DNA from: Camelus ferus
Lineage: Eukaryota
Direction: 5' to 3'
Length of the DNA stretch: 64,000 nucleotides
NCBI RefSeq assembly: GCF_009834535.1
Contig: NC_045697.1
Span: 86,430,001 to 86,494,000, forward strand
Part shown: positions 14,473 to 27,630 of the stretch, in pieces
Layout of the letters: every line of letters starts with the position of its first letter
Numbering within the stretch: the stretch's first letter is position 1
The notes under the pieces: generated by a model
Seen by the model: the letters and a program-made list of their open reading frames with translations, nothing else
Databases searched by the model: none
Told to the model about the DNA's origin: nothing
Translations under genes and position numbers: made by a program

Positions 14473-16635
14473 GTATGGTTTTTAAAAGAATTTTCATATT
14501 TTTAATCATAGGCAAAGCAATTAACATCTAATTGAAATTGAGACCTTTTAAAATAGCCAGTCGGACGATTTAAAGTGTTGAGGATATAGTATGTAATGTT
14601 GACTAGACTTGTGGTGTTAGACTCAGTTACAAAATTATTTATTGAAAATAGTGTGCTCCTCAGTTTATCTTTTTTTTTTTTTTTTGAGCAATTCATATAT
14701 TCTGGGAATTGTGCTGATAGCTAGAGATAGAGATGCTCTAACACCTATTCTTAAGAAAATAAGCAGGGGGGATATAGCAGGATAGACATACATATGGACA
14801 GCTTTAGCACATTGTAATTAATGGAGCAGTAAAAGTATAAGAGAACCTTGTTATCTGAGGATAATTGTATCAGGAAAAGGCTACTTCAAGTGAGTCCAAT
14901 AAAAACAAACAACTTTATTTCACGGTAAATAATAAGCAAAGATTTGTTTGGAGCTGTATCTTGAAAATTGAAGCAAATACGTGAAATGAATTCATTTCAG
15001 AGTATCACAAATATATGCTGTGAGGAATATGTACTACTTTAAGCAGAACTGAATCAAGTGTTGATTCACTTTGGTATAATTTTTCCACTGAAATTGTATG
15101 ATTGCATATTATGGTAACACTTTAAGGTTGCTGTCTATAGCATGATTATGAAGAGAGGCTATTTTAAGAAAAATATTTGAGCACTTTTTCAGTTTTCTAA
15201 AAGTCATTTTTCTTCTTTTGATACTTAAATCATACTTCTAAAAAGCCCCTAGCGAGTCATGACAAATTCTCGTTGATTTACTCTTCTTTGTAGGCAACTT
15301 CTCTAAGCCTTCCGAATTCTCACTTATCACTGATAGTTTTACCTGTGATTTGAGCAGTTAGCCAACATCGCTTTTAGCAACCTGATGAAATTTTGCATTT
15401 TCCAGGATTTTGCAGATACATTTTGCTTTAGATTTCCGTTGTACCATTGGATGCTTACTACAGCTGATAATCAGAGAGACTAATTGTCCAAGCATTACCA
15501 GTTATGAAGAGTAGAGTTACTTGTGGCATGGGGTGTTTGTGTGAGTCTAATTTTATCAGTGCTTACTTATTTGCTTCTTTTTGCAATTTCACAATTGCAG
15601 AGGTTTGGCTATTGAACCAAGGTTAGCAAGGAATCTCATAAAGTACAGTAACAGGAATAATTAATTCTGGAAAGGGTCTAGGATGAACAAGGTTTGCCAG
15701 GGAAGGAGTCAAGGTTTGTTAGCAAAGGGTCTCTGAAAGAAATGCCAGCCTAACAAGCTTTGAAGTTTCATAAAATCTCAATATTTAAGTTACTATATTA
15801 CATTTACTAAAAACTACCATAAAGTATCAGATTATATAATTAAAGGTAAAAGACGCAAGGGAAAATGTGTTTAACATTTGTGGAAACATATAGTTTCTGT
15901 TTGGTTTTTACCTTTTGTTCACCTAGGATTTTAGAGATTCTTGGAGGAGTAATTCTCCAGATTCAAAGGGGAGAAACACACACACACACACATTTTTTTC
16001 TCTGTTGTGACAATTTTTTGGCCTAATACAGTCTTCAGATATTTCTCCCAGTATATTTTCTTGGGATTGCATGTGAATAACTTTAAAGTATCTAAAATGG
16101 AATTTTCAAGCTATAATCTCCCTGAAGGGGCTGAGTTATATTTTAATTTAAATATAAACAGTGATTCAGTTATCAGGTGAAATGGTTTTATTGATATAAT
16201 ACTACTTTTGAATACTACTAGAGATGTATTAACTCTAGTTTTTGTGTTACCTCATGTACTTGGAACCTCAGCTTTTTTAATTAAAAAAATTTCATAGTAA
16301 TACGTAAACAAAAATAAGAGGACTGTAACAAAGAACACAGACCCAAAGAAATATATGCCTTTGTTTTAGACTTCTTTGTAAATTCTATTCCACATATGTT
16401 ACCTATGTCAGTAGTTTATTATGACTATGCATCACAGATTTTATTATAACTTTTGGCAGTGTCAAAGTTTGTTACACTAAATATTACTATTTGTATTCAT
16501 CAATTTAATTTAGAACTTTTATGAAGTATCTACTGAAACAAATGTAAGATTTTTAAATTTTGACTTATTATATAAAATAACCCAGTGAACTCTCTGCTTC
16601 CTTTTATTAGGAATATATGTAAGTCTTTAAGCTTG

Positions 16636-16667
<32 letters not shown>

Positions 16668-19600
16668 CACTTGACTTAGTGTCATGCTGACATGGAGATG
16701 TTATCCTATCTTAAATATCTCTATTACTTTTTTTTCCATTGGTTTTAATGTATAACTTCTGTTCTACTTAGTATCAGTGTTAGAACTTTAAAACTTTCAG
16801 AAGTTAGGTTTGAGATATGAATAATGTATGTATGTATATATAAAAGAAAACAGAATATGAAAATGCATGTAACTGAGATTATATTTTTCTTAGTTGAAAA
16901 TTAAACTCCAAGAAATTCTAAAGGATACACTAGGAAAAAAAAATAAGTTGCCCTATATTTATTTGACTATAAAATTGACTTCCAAAATCCATAAAAGAAA
17001 CTAGGCCTGGCATTATTATTACAAAGAATTCTAAGAGACTATAGTGAATGTCATTATAATTTATGAGGACATTTTATGGAAATGAGGGATCTTCTGAAGA
17101 TGTAGACAGCATACCAACTCTAAGCCCAAAGTCATTTTAATCATATTAAAACTTCATGTCATTTCTTATGTTGCAGACATAAGGTTGGATAGCAGTACCA
17201 CTTATATTACTTTTATGAATTGATTTCTATTAGTCTCATTACATTTTTTCTTACTGTAAGAAGGAAATCTGAACCTCAATAGTGATAGTAAATCAGTGGC
17301 AGCAAATAGTAACCGTGGATTAAGGGTGTATATGGCGTATATGTTTTCCTTATTGAAAAATGTTTTCGTGGGGAATATAGCCAATATTTTGTTATAACCT
17401 AAATGGAAGGAAACCTTTAAAGATTGTATAAAAATAAATATTTAAAAAAATAGTTTTAGTGGTCTTGAACAGAAGACTGGCTATCAAGTTTCCATTTTAG
17501 AAAATTTAATATTGGAAACAGTATTTGTATGTTTTTTCCCCCTGCATTTCTGATTTTATTTGCCATCTTCTTTTAATTATTGTTAATAATTCCTTTTTAA
17601 AAAAAATTTTTTTTGAGAAATGAGTATCATTAGATAAACATGAATTTTTAGTTGAGGGAAAATGGAAGTCTCTTGTTACTTGAAGTAGGTTCCTTGACAC
17701 TCATGTAGAAAAATATCTCTAGGAAAATAAACTTTCAGAAGACTCTTTAGTAAATTGAAAATGTAGCTTATTTTATCATTCTTAAAGTCATACATGCTAC
17801 AAACTTGACAAGAGAACACACTTTCCCAATTCTGTAAGTCCATGGTATTTTTCTAGGATTGTTTAAAATGGAAATAGAATTTTTATTTCTATTTGTAAAT
17901 ATTTGTGTACATTTACTAATGTTAAAATACTATAAAAGTTTGCCATAACATATTACTACTTGCCAGATACTTCAGTTAACCTTTTAGTAATTTTTTTAGT
18001 GAATTCTTGAGAAATAAATGCTTAAAATGGAATTCACTTATTAAAAACCCCCACAAAACCTAAATCAGACACCCAACATTAAACAATAATAGCCTAACTT
18101 TGAAAGAGTTAAAATTTTAAAAGTTCTTTCTGTTAATAATGTTCAATAGATACAAATGTGTTAACTCACATAAGACTCCTAGTGTTTTATAACTCTTTAA
18201 AAACAGTCATTGACACATTTAATACACTTTAGCAAATGTCTTCTACTATGTTGGAGATTCAGTATTTCCTAAAGAATCTGATATGAGTTTCTGTTTTAGA
18301 TAATTAAGTGGAGATGAGTTTAGTAGCAAATTGAACATTATACCCAAGACAGTCTTCTTTTAAGTAGTAATCTACAGGTATCTTTTTTTTTAAGGTTAAA
18401 AATTATAAGATCCTGCAAGGGAATCTTTTAAAAATAAGAGATTATCAGGCTAGGATTATTAAAAATTAGCAAAAATAAGTATAACCTATTTCTAATGATT
18501 TGTTGGTAACTCTTAGTATGTTGAAAGCTAATAAGCATGCATAGTGTACGTTGACTCCTTAGGTCAGTTGTGTGGAGGGAAGATGGGGCAGAGATGATTG
18601 AGTCTGGAGGCCATTTGCAGATAAAATTACCAATGGAACTTTTCCATTTTCCACCTGTCTCTGGTCTCCATGACCACTGCAAACCTACTGAACCCATCTC
18701 CAAGACTGGGATAGCTTGTATATTTTGAAAAGGCTTCTCAAATGATCTAAGGGAGAAATACTGCTTAGAATATCTAGGTTTTTAATGTTAGTTAAAGTCA
18801 ATTAGACATTTATTTTTAGTTTTAAAATTTTAATGTTGGAATTTAGGATAAAAACAATATTTATTTACCTTTCTATTTGTGCTTGAATTTGTCCCTGCTT
18901 CAGAGTTATATAAGCACAATTAAATCACGCACTTCCAAATAGGACCTGTATTATTTAGAGGCAGATAACAATAGAGAATAGAGGAAAGAACACCAGTTCT
19001 GAGACTCAACAGATTTGGGATTTTAAGGTTTGTCCTGCCACTCACTGATTAACTGAATGACCTTAGGCCCTTCAGCATCCTTTCCTATGAAAGGATATTA
19101 ATTAATCTGATGTACAGAACCCTAGCCAGAAAATAAATGTGTCAATAATCAAAATGCAGAATTTACCAAAATACTGACTTCGTTTTAATATTGAGCAAAT
19201 ATATTGTTAAAAATATTAACGAATATTTTAACAACTTTTGATTACTACTGACAGATCAAGTAGGGAAAATTTAAATTCAGAATCAATGGGAAGAAAAAAT
19301 AATTCCAATTAAAAAGAAATTTAAATTCTGATTCTAGAGAAACCAGAATATTGAGCTGAACTCTTCTGAAATTCTGTTGCTTAATAAACCATGATGAACT
19401 ATGTGACAGGAAGTTCTGGTAACTGCTTATTACATGTTTTGCCATCAGTAACCAAAATTGGACATTCTGATTAAAGCTTTTAAAACATTCCTGATAAATA
19501 TTCCAGCTGGAATATATGAATTACAGATTTAGCTAGTTGGATTTAGCCATATTGATTTTTAGTGCATTGATCTGCTTTTCTCAAAGGACGTCTCGGTGTT

Positions 19601-19963
19601 TTTGCCTCAAAACTCTGAGAAGCACAGATTGAAAACCACTGAACCTTACAAATCTTCATAGGTTTCTTTTAGGACCTAAATTGTAAGTTTTTGCTATAAT
19701 TGGAGGTGGTGTTATCATGAAGTTTTACTATAAACTTCTGTAACTTTTGTGGGGTTTTTTTTGTTTTTGCTATAGAGTATTTATTTACTAAGCAGCCAAG
19801 TAAGTGTATGTCTTAAATGTATCTTGTTTAGATTTTAAGGAAATAGACTGATGCTTCTAATTACATAAAATAGGGTTAAGGAAATGCTTAGTTTACCATT
19901 TTAGGTGAAAAGTTATTCTTATATATATCTCTTTTGATAGCAGTTTAATCTTAATGTTTATAG

Positions 19964-20191
19964 GAAAACTACTTTGGAGAAGATGACATGTATATGGATT
20001 TTGAAGAGGTTGTATCAAGTCCTGTTCTGTCACTGTCAACATCGTCCAGTTCTGGGTGGACTGCTGTTGGAATGGACAATGACAAAAAAGAAAATGAAAG
20101 TTCAGCCAAGTCAATTCATCCACTTACCTTGCGTCCCTGGGATATTACTGTACTTGTTAATTTGTACAAAGTTCATGGACGTCTTCCTGTT
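19964..20191 (+). CDS. BLTP1: BLTP1 exon w10 (ENYFGEDDMYMDFEEV...NLYKVHGRLPV)
   Basis: tatag|GAA AAC ... GTT|gtaagt; 228 nt. Confidence 0.95.
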
Positions 20192-21001
20192 GTAAGTGTT
20201 TACGTGTCAAAATAGTCTGGAGTTTATCATGAAATCCACCCAGCAGAGGAAACTATGTATGTGTGTGCACACACTTACATAAAAAAAATTCAGGTTCAAA
20301 AAATTTCTAAATTTATTCTTTTATCTTGGTAAAGCTAGTTTATTATTTTTTCATAGTATAATTACTTGATCATTGATAATTTTACTTTGTTTTTCTTCTT
20401 TCATTTTAGCTCCTTCTTTGTTGTTCTGTGTAATTTTAGAATATTTTGCCATTGCGTTGAGTTGCTAGGTTTATAGTTAACATGATAGATTTTCTAGGAC
20501 TTTACACTTTCTTAGCCTTTATCTTTAACTCCAGACCAGTTTAGGGCCTTATGGTGGACCTATTACAAAATCGAGATTCAAGCTGGACCCTGGAGGTTGA
20601 ATTATGTCAGAGGTTTAGATCCAGCACAGTGTCCTGGTTTTCTCTGAGGATGACCCTTGGGCCAGTTGGGGCTGACTTGGAATGAGATTATATTGCCCAA
20701 AGAACCCATGGCCATTGGAGCCAGGCCAGATAGGGAGAGGGTGGCCCTAGAGCATAGTGCTTGCATACGTACTGGTTCCATGTCATGTACCTAGGGTTGC
20801 ACAGCAGAGAAATCACCTCAGGTGCTTAGTAAACCTAATGCCTTTACTGGGATACAGAATAGTTACCTTTGTCCATAAGCACTGCTTCTCCTTTTTAGAA
20901 ATCAAAGTGTTTTAATTATATAAGTGTAATTTTTATTTTCCTTTACTTCCTTGGTTTTCACTTTTTCTATATCCTGATTATGGTATTTTTCTTGACTTTA
21001 G

Positions 21002-21139
21002 CATGGAACTACTGATGGTCCAGAGTGCCCTACAGCTTTTTTGGAAAGATTATGTTTCGAAATGAAAAAAGGATTTAGGGAGACCATGCTGCAGCTTGTC
21101 CTGTCGCCCCTGAATGTGTTTGTTAGTGATAACTATCAG
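21002..21139 (+). CDS. BLTP1: BLTP1 exon w11 (HGTTDGPECPTAFLERLCFEMKKGFRETMLQLVLSPLNVFVSDNYQ)
   Basis: tttag|CAT ... CAG|gtaatg; 138 nt. Confidence 0.95.
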
Positions 21140-22064
21140 GTAATGTGAAAGTGAGTTGTGGTAGAGACTTAGAGATTTGTTATTACTGTTTATGGGTTCA
21201 AAACAATGTGTTTACTTCTGTGCATAGAATATATAGTTCCTTAAATTAGAGACCTATTAACTAAGAAGTTTTGTATGTGTGTACATATGTATGAGAATTG
21301 TTTTTTAAGAATCTTAGTTTTTTCTTTTCTTTCCCACTGTTCCTTATATATGTGATCCCAAAGAATTATATTTTATATCCATTGTTTTTAGAAATGGAAA
21401 GAAGTACTTTTCAACTTTCTCATATATTTACTGGAGGGGAAAAATTAATTTTATAAAATGTTGGTAGATTTTGTTGAAAATCACAACCTAAGTGTTAATA
21501 TTAACCAGGACCATACATCTTGAAAACATGCATATCTACATGGCCAATAATTTATTATTTTCATCTAACGTACTTACAAGATAGTTTGTTAATTCCTTCA
21601 AGATATCCCTGAGGCTCTTTGGAAGAGAACCAGCGACATTCATCAATTGGGGATATTTTGCATTCCTGGGTAGATTATCACTTTATTATTATTATTTTAA
21701 AATGCCATTGGTTTCTCTTGGTGTCTACCACTACTTTAGGGTTCTCCCCTACTTTTAGTGAAGTTGTGTGCTTTGGAACTCTGATAAATTCTAATGCAAA
21801 GCAAAGTAAAATTATAAACAGGAGGATGACTCTAACACCCCTAAATCATCAATGGATGATAACTTACTATGGATTCTATGTAAAACTGATCATCTTATTT
21901 AAAATAGCATACCCCCTTTTCACTCTTTTGCCATAACTGACTGTATTTTTTATAGAATTTTAATAATACTATCTATATATGTATATATTTATATTTGATG
22001 TAGCTGAGATCATAGTAGCTAAAACTTAATATTAACATGCTTGTTTTTGTCACAGAATGTGTTT

Positions 22065-22320
22065 TTTTTTAACTTTTATTTCAGAAGAATTATAGATTTA
22101 CAGGAGGTTACAAAGGCAATACAGAGTTCCTGTGTTTCCCCCATGTTGATCTTTTACAGAGTTATGGCACTGTATCAAAACCAGGACATGGACATTGGTA
22201 CAATATGTGTGCATAGTTTTGTGTCACTTACCACATGTGTAGATTTCTGTAACTGCCACCAAAAATCAGGATGCAGAACTATTCTCTAATCACAAAGATC
22301 TCACTTGCATACCACTTTTA
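22065..22320 (-). mobile_element. Old L1 (L1MC/MD-type) 3' end
   Basis: ttttatttcagaagaattatagatttacagga...tatcaaaaccagga...gacattggtacaat, antisense L1M terminus. Confidence 0.65.
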
Positions 22321-23123
22321 TTTTAACTTGTCGCATGAAACCTTCTCTCTCTAATTTAATGGGCCATTAGAATTGGTTGTTTTTTATTTTGGGAGGTGAG
22401 TGTGTAGAGAGGAAGTCTATCTCCTTTTTTCAGTCTCTTGAGGAAATTAATTAAGGTAAAAGGTAACTATCTTCTTACGTCAGGGTTCTGAGAATCTTAG
22501 GTGAGTATCTCTGATTTCTTCTGAGTTCCTGGTGATACTTCAACTTCTATTTTAATCACTGCATTTTCAGAAGACTTTACTAGATATAAAAAAATACATT
22601 TTAGTAAGCTTATTCTGAGGGTTCACAGTAACCCTAATTATAGAATTATTGGCAAACTTGTACAGAGACCAAAGTGTAAAGTATGATTTATTTGGTGATT
22701 AGAAGAGGAATTGATGGAGTGGTGATAGCAAGGCAGTAGTAGAAGTACTGGTGATATTTTGTTTCCTGGATGATTAACACTTCACATAGTTCACCCTGAA
22801 GACAAGTGTAGTCTATACATATTCTCGTGGAATTTGCTTAGCTACTCACCTTGCTTACATTTTATAGAGCTAGCATTCCTAAGAAATACCTTCTTCATTT
22901 GTCTCTGCACTAAGACTCTTTTATGGTGGGAACCTTCACTCTGTGACTACTCTCAGAGACTCAGCTCTGGGTCACTCAACTGTAGCTGCTTATTCCAAGT
23001 AGCAGAGCTTCTCATCTCAGTCTTAGTGCAGAGCTTCAAGGTTAAGGATCTAATGCAATGGGTGGATTATTGTGTCTGACTTATGAGGAAATTGCAAACT
23101 TTTTACCTGATCATCTGATGATG

Positions 23124-23298
23124 TGTGTTAGTTTCTCAGGGCTGCCGTAGCAGAGTACCCCACACTGGGTGGCTTAAAACAGCAGAAACGTATTCTTTCA
23201 TAGTTCTGGAGCCTAGAAGCCTGAAACCAGTGTATTTGGCAGGGCCATGCTCTCTCAGACGACTGTAGGAGAGGATCCTTCCTTGTCTTTTCCTAGCT
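23124..23298. mobile_element. MLT1 (MaLR) LTR fragment, truncated
   Basis: tgtgttagtttctcagggctgccgtagcagagtacc...ggtggcttaaaacagcagaaa...tagttctggagcctagaag matches the recalled MLT1 terminus. Confidence 0.8.
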
Positions 23299-23336
23299 CA
23301 GATACATGTGTGGGCAGCTCAGATACATGTGTGGGC
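23295..23336. repeat. Perfect 21-bp tandem duplication agctcagatacatgtgtgggc x2
   Basis: Direct reading: 23295-23315 equals 23316-23336. Confidence 0.95.
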
Positions 23337-23534
23337 CCTCTGCATTCATGGAAAATGCATTTGGATAGTCATTGTGATAATCTGTGTGGCTAAAAATAAT
23401 AAAAATAGATAAGCTGAGTGGCAGTGACAGATAAAGTCATTATGCCCTAAACCTCCCCCTCTGCACCCCACTGTCTGCCTTTTTCCCTCTCTATCTCCCT
23501 CTCTCGCTCTTTATATACATACATACATACTATA

Positions 23535-23909
23535 TATACACCATAGTTTCTTTATCCATTCATCCACTGATGGACACTTAGGTTGTTTCCATAGCTTGGC
23601 AAAACCACAATCACCTCACATCTGTCAGAATGGGTATCATCAAAAAGAACACAAATAACAAATGCTGGTGAGGATGTGGGCAAAAGGGAACCCTTGTGCA
23701 CTGTTGGTGGGCATGTAAACCGGTGCAGCCACTATGGAAAACAGTAGGGTGGTTCCTCAAAAAATTAAAAATAGAACTGCCGTGTAATTTAGCAATTCCA
23801 CTTCTGGGTAGTTATCCGAAGGAAATGAAAACACTAATTCAAAGAGATACATGCACACCCACGTGCAGTGCAGTATTATTTACAATTGCGAAGCTATGGA
23901 AGCAACCTA
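23535..23909. mobile_element. L1 ORF2 3' fragment with internal inversion
   Basis: 23535-23600 is antisense L1. 23601-23909 is sense L1 ORF2 (ORF 23696: [14 protein letters not shown]...[14 protein letters not shown]). Confidence 0.9.
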
Positions 23910-25197
23910 TCCAGGGCTTTACACTGAGAATTACTGAATCTCAGTGCCAGAAGTGATCTTTATTGATGATCCTCCCCAGCTCCCTCAGATAAAATATAAG
24001 GGAACTGATGCCTGGAGAGATTAGGTGATTTTATATACTGTCACATGACTTAGATGAAAATAAAATAAATGTATCAGAAGAGTTTCTAAAGCTATTATTA
24101 TCATCAGAAATTTAACATGACCTTTGAAGAATCCCTTATGAATTAGATTTACTATCCTTAAAAACACTTTTTTTTACAAATGCATTTCCTAAAATTTGTG
24201 TTGAAACCAGGCCTGTAAGGTGGCCTGCACATACGCACTAAAAAGACTCTCACAGAAAAATTAAGGAAAATAGTGTCAAGTGTAAAAAGTTCTACAAGGA
24301 GAGGTATAAGGTGCTTTGGTAGCATGAATGGTCTTGAGGTATGATCATGATAAAATTTGCCTTTTTGAAAGATCTCTGTGGTGGTTTTGTAGAATATGGG
24401 GCAGAGAGATGTGAAAGTGAATGCTAGGAGGCTTTGAAAAGGTCCTGGTAAGAGATCATATTATTTGTACCAGGATGATAGCACTGAAGCTGGAAGAAAC
24501 TCAGTGCATTTGTGAGAGACTGGGAGGCAGATTCTGTAGAAATTGGTGACGGATGGGTAGAGCATTGCCAAACTTACTTGATTCTGTGTTCCTAAAAACA
24601 ATCTGTGGAACTAGTGTTCCATGGAATACCCTATTTTAGGACATATCTTTTAGCTTTCTGAGTAGGTTTTAGAAATTTTCTCTTTGAAATGTTGCTGCTT
24701 TTTAGTTGTGAATATGTAATTATTCTCTGTAAGATCCTTTTTCTGTTTACATAATTATGAAAATCTATATGGAAGATGGCTTTCTTCATTTGTTTTCTGT
24801 TTTATGGTTTTAATGGTCTTTGTTCTTCCATATTATTTTCTTCTTTTTAATATTTTAATCTCATGATTCCTGCCTTACCACAAAAGATAGGCCTCTTTTT
24901 TTCCCTGTCAGACAGAATTCTTGTTTTTTTTTATTCATTGAGGCAGTTATCAATCAGAGATCTGCATTCTTTTAGGACTTTGCTGTCTTGCTTTACAGTT
25001 GGGCTCTTATGGATATTGTCACTAAAGAAGCTTAACTCAGACTATTTTTATGAGTACAAGGTTGTGTTAGGAGCTTGTGGATCCCAAAGTCTTACTTCCC
25101 AAATAGCACGTTTCTACTCTTTGTCTATGCGAAAAACAACTAAAAATTATAATGCTGACTTTTCTTATAATTCTTACAGTCTTATTATTGCTTTCAG

Positions 25198-25377
25198 CAG
25201 CGACCTCCTGTGGATGAAGTGCTCAGGGAAGGTCACATCAATTTGTCGGGTCTCCAGCTGAGAGCACATGCTATGTTCTCAGCAGAAGGTCTTCCTTTGG
25301 GAAGTGATTCCTTAGAATATGCATGGTTAATTGATGTGCAGGCTGGAAGCCTTACAGCTAAGGTCACAGCACCACAG
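25198..25377 (+). CDS. BLTP1: BLTP1 exon w12 (QRPPVDEVLREGHINLSGLQLRAHAMFS...AKVTAPQ)
   Basis: ctttcag|CAG CGA (tandem acceptor, so the start could be 25201) ... CAG|gtatgt; 180 nt. Confidence 0.93.
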
Positions 25378-25755
25378 GTATGTTCTCTGAAGGCTAGCTC
25401 CTGACTTATTTTCTTTTTCCTTTACTCATTCATCTCCCCAAGAATAAGTTGTATGCCTGTTTGAATTTTCATTGCATTTCTGCTGACCATATGGAATTTT
25501 CTTAGCAATAGGTAAGGCACAGACAAGTTTCACTTTTGGGCTACATAAAATCAATGGGTGTAATGTTTTATAGTTCTGGGTAATACTTTCAAGAATTCAA
25601 GACTTTCTCTGGGAAAAACTCATGATGAGAAATTTCTGGAAATCAAGTTATATATTATTAAAATTATCTTACTTGGCTCTCCGCTGTTGGAACAATCTTG
25701 TTTTCTCAGTGCACAGAATAATTCTCTAAGAATTTTACCATCCTGTATATTTCTT

Positions 25756-25892
25756 TCTTTTTTTTTTTTTTTTTTGCAGGAGGACGATAATTAGGTTTTA
25801 CTGTTTATTTTTAGAGGAGTCACTGGGGATTGAACCCAGGACCTCGTGCATGCTAAGCATGTGCTCTACCACTGAGCTATATACCCTCCCCC
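25756..25892 (-). mobile_element. tRNA-Ala-derived SINE (camelid Vic-1-like)
   Basis: Reverse complement ggggagggtatatagctcagtggtagagcacatgcttagcatgcacgaggtcctgggttcaatcccc...poly-A; TSD tgtatatttctt at 25744-25755 and 25899-25910. Confidence 0.9.
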
Positions 25893-26147
25893 TTCTCTTG
25901 TATATTTCTTAAGTAGTATTTGAAAGTAGCATTTATGATATTAAGGTGGCATGATTCTTATTTGTCATGTCCCAAAGCATCATCATTTGTACCTGCACTT
26001 AGTAACGTGGATACTGGTTTAGAAAAAAAAGAATTTACTGGTAAGTAAATCTGGTCTAGAGTGCTAGTTGTGATCCTTTTGGATACATTCCTCTTTCCCC
26101 TCACTGTCCTACTCAGTCTTTAGAAGATGCCGAGGATTTAAGGATTA

Positions 26148-26248
26148 CAGTTAGCCATCCTTGTCTGCAGGTTCCACATCCACAGGTTCAACCAACCATG
26201 GATTTAGCCAAGTGCAGGTGTAAAACCTGTGGATATGGAGGGCTGACA
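26148..26248. mobile_element. Short Tigger-family (MER2-like) MITE
   Basis: Imperfect TIRs gttagccatccttgtctgcaggtt / aacctgtggatatggagggctgac; internal ttcaaccaacc motif. Confidence 0.65.
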
Positions 26249-26322
26249 ATATTTAGAAATTGACCATTGAAATTTAGTTGAGCAGCCATATCACTGTAAT
26301 ATTTCACCTGTTGAGCCACATA

Positions 26323-26806
26323 CGGACATACCTCATTTTATTGTACTTCACAGCGTTTGTGATTTTTTTCTTGCAAATTAAAGCCCTGCATCAAGCACAT
26401 CTGTCGGTGCCATTTTTTCTGACAACATTTGCTCAATTTGTGTGTCTGTCTTATTTTGGTAGTTCTGGCAGTATTTCAAACTTTTTCATCATGATTATAT
26501 TTGTTACGGTGATCTGTGATTAGTGATCTTGATGTTACTGTTGCAGAAAGATTATGACTCACTGAAGGGTCAGGTGATGCTTAGCATTTTTTAGTAATGA
26601 AGTATCTTTTAATTAAGGTGTGTGCATTGTTTTTTTAGACATAATGCTGTTGCACACTTGATAGACTACAGTATAGTGTAAACATAACTTTTACATACAC
26701 TGGGAAACCAAAAAATTCCTGTGTCTTGCTTTATTGTGATATTTGCAATACTGCAAATTTATTGCAGTGGTCTGGAACCAAATTCACAATATCTGAAGTA
26801 TGCCTG
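26323..26806 (+). mobile_element. Tigger1 internal-deletion derivative (Tigger1a-like)
   Basis: TA|cggacatacctcattttattg ... caatatctgaagtatgcctg|TA: Tigger1 termini with TA target duplication; no transposase ORF. Confidence 0.88.
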
Positions 26807-27504
26807 TATTTGTAATGTTCCTACTTATCTTGGCATTTAAGAAGACTGGAACGTGGTAGAAATGTATATACTCAATTTTTAATAAAAGGTTACAGAATGG
26901 GTGTGAAACAAAATTTAGAGGAGGGTAGTGGCAACAAGCAGGTGAATAAAGACTCTAGACACTTTGAAAGAAATTGTTGGGAGGGCATTTAAAATTAAGA
27001 TTCTAGAAATAATAGAAAAATGAATGGAATTGAAAAGGGGTATTTAATATAAAAATGAATGAAAAGAAATTAATAATAATGGATGAAAACAAATATTCAA
27101 TGCTCACTACCCTCATAACTATCTTCTTCTTACCTGCCATTTTTTGTCTCTTATATACACAAACTGAAGCTTGTAACAAAATCATTTGTTCCCAAACAAG
27201 CATGCAGTGAAGCCATGCTGATCTTCCTAGACTTGACACAATTCCTTTAATCTAAGGATTGCTAGAATCTCAAACACGTTGCCCTTTTTGGAAGATGAAA
27301 CATTCTCCTTCTGCTGCACTAGAATCTTGGCATCACTATTTCCTGCAAGGTTCATAAATCCATAAGTACTTTTGGTGTTTATTCCATTTTTTATATGTTT
27401 TAAAGGTGAAATTCATGTTTTTTGAAAGTTGAAGTTATGTACTTTTTTGGAGGGGAATAATGTCATGTATACCCATGTCTCAGTGTGTGTATGTATGTAT
27501 GTAT

Positions 27505-27630
27505 GTATTTAAGTATAGCCAGTTTACAATGTTGTGTCAATTTCTGGTGTACAGCATAATGTTTCAGTCATACTTATGCACACACTTATTTGTTTTCATA
27601 TTCTTTTTCATTATAGGTTACTACAAGATC
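27505..27630 (-). mobile_element. Short L1 3' terminal fragment
   Basis: agtttacaatgttgtgtcaatttctggtgtacagc is visibly similar to the L1 ends at 40780-40830 and 57445-57490. Confidence 0.75.
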
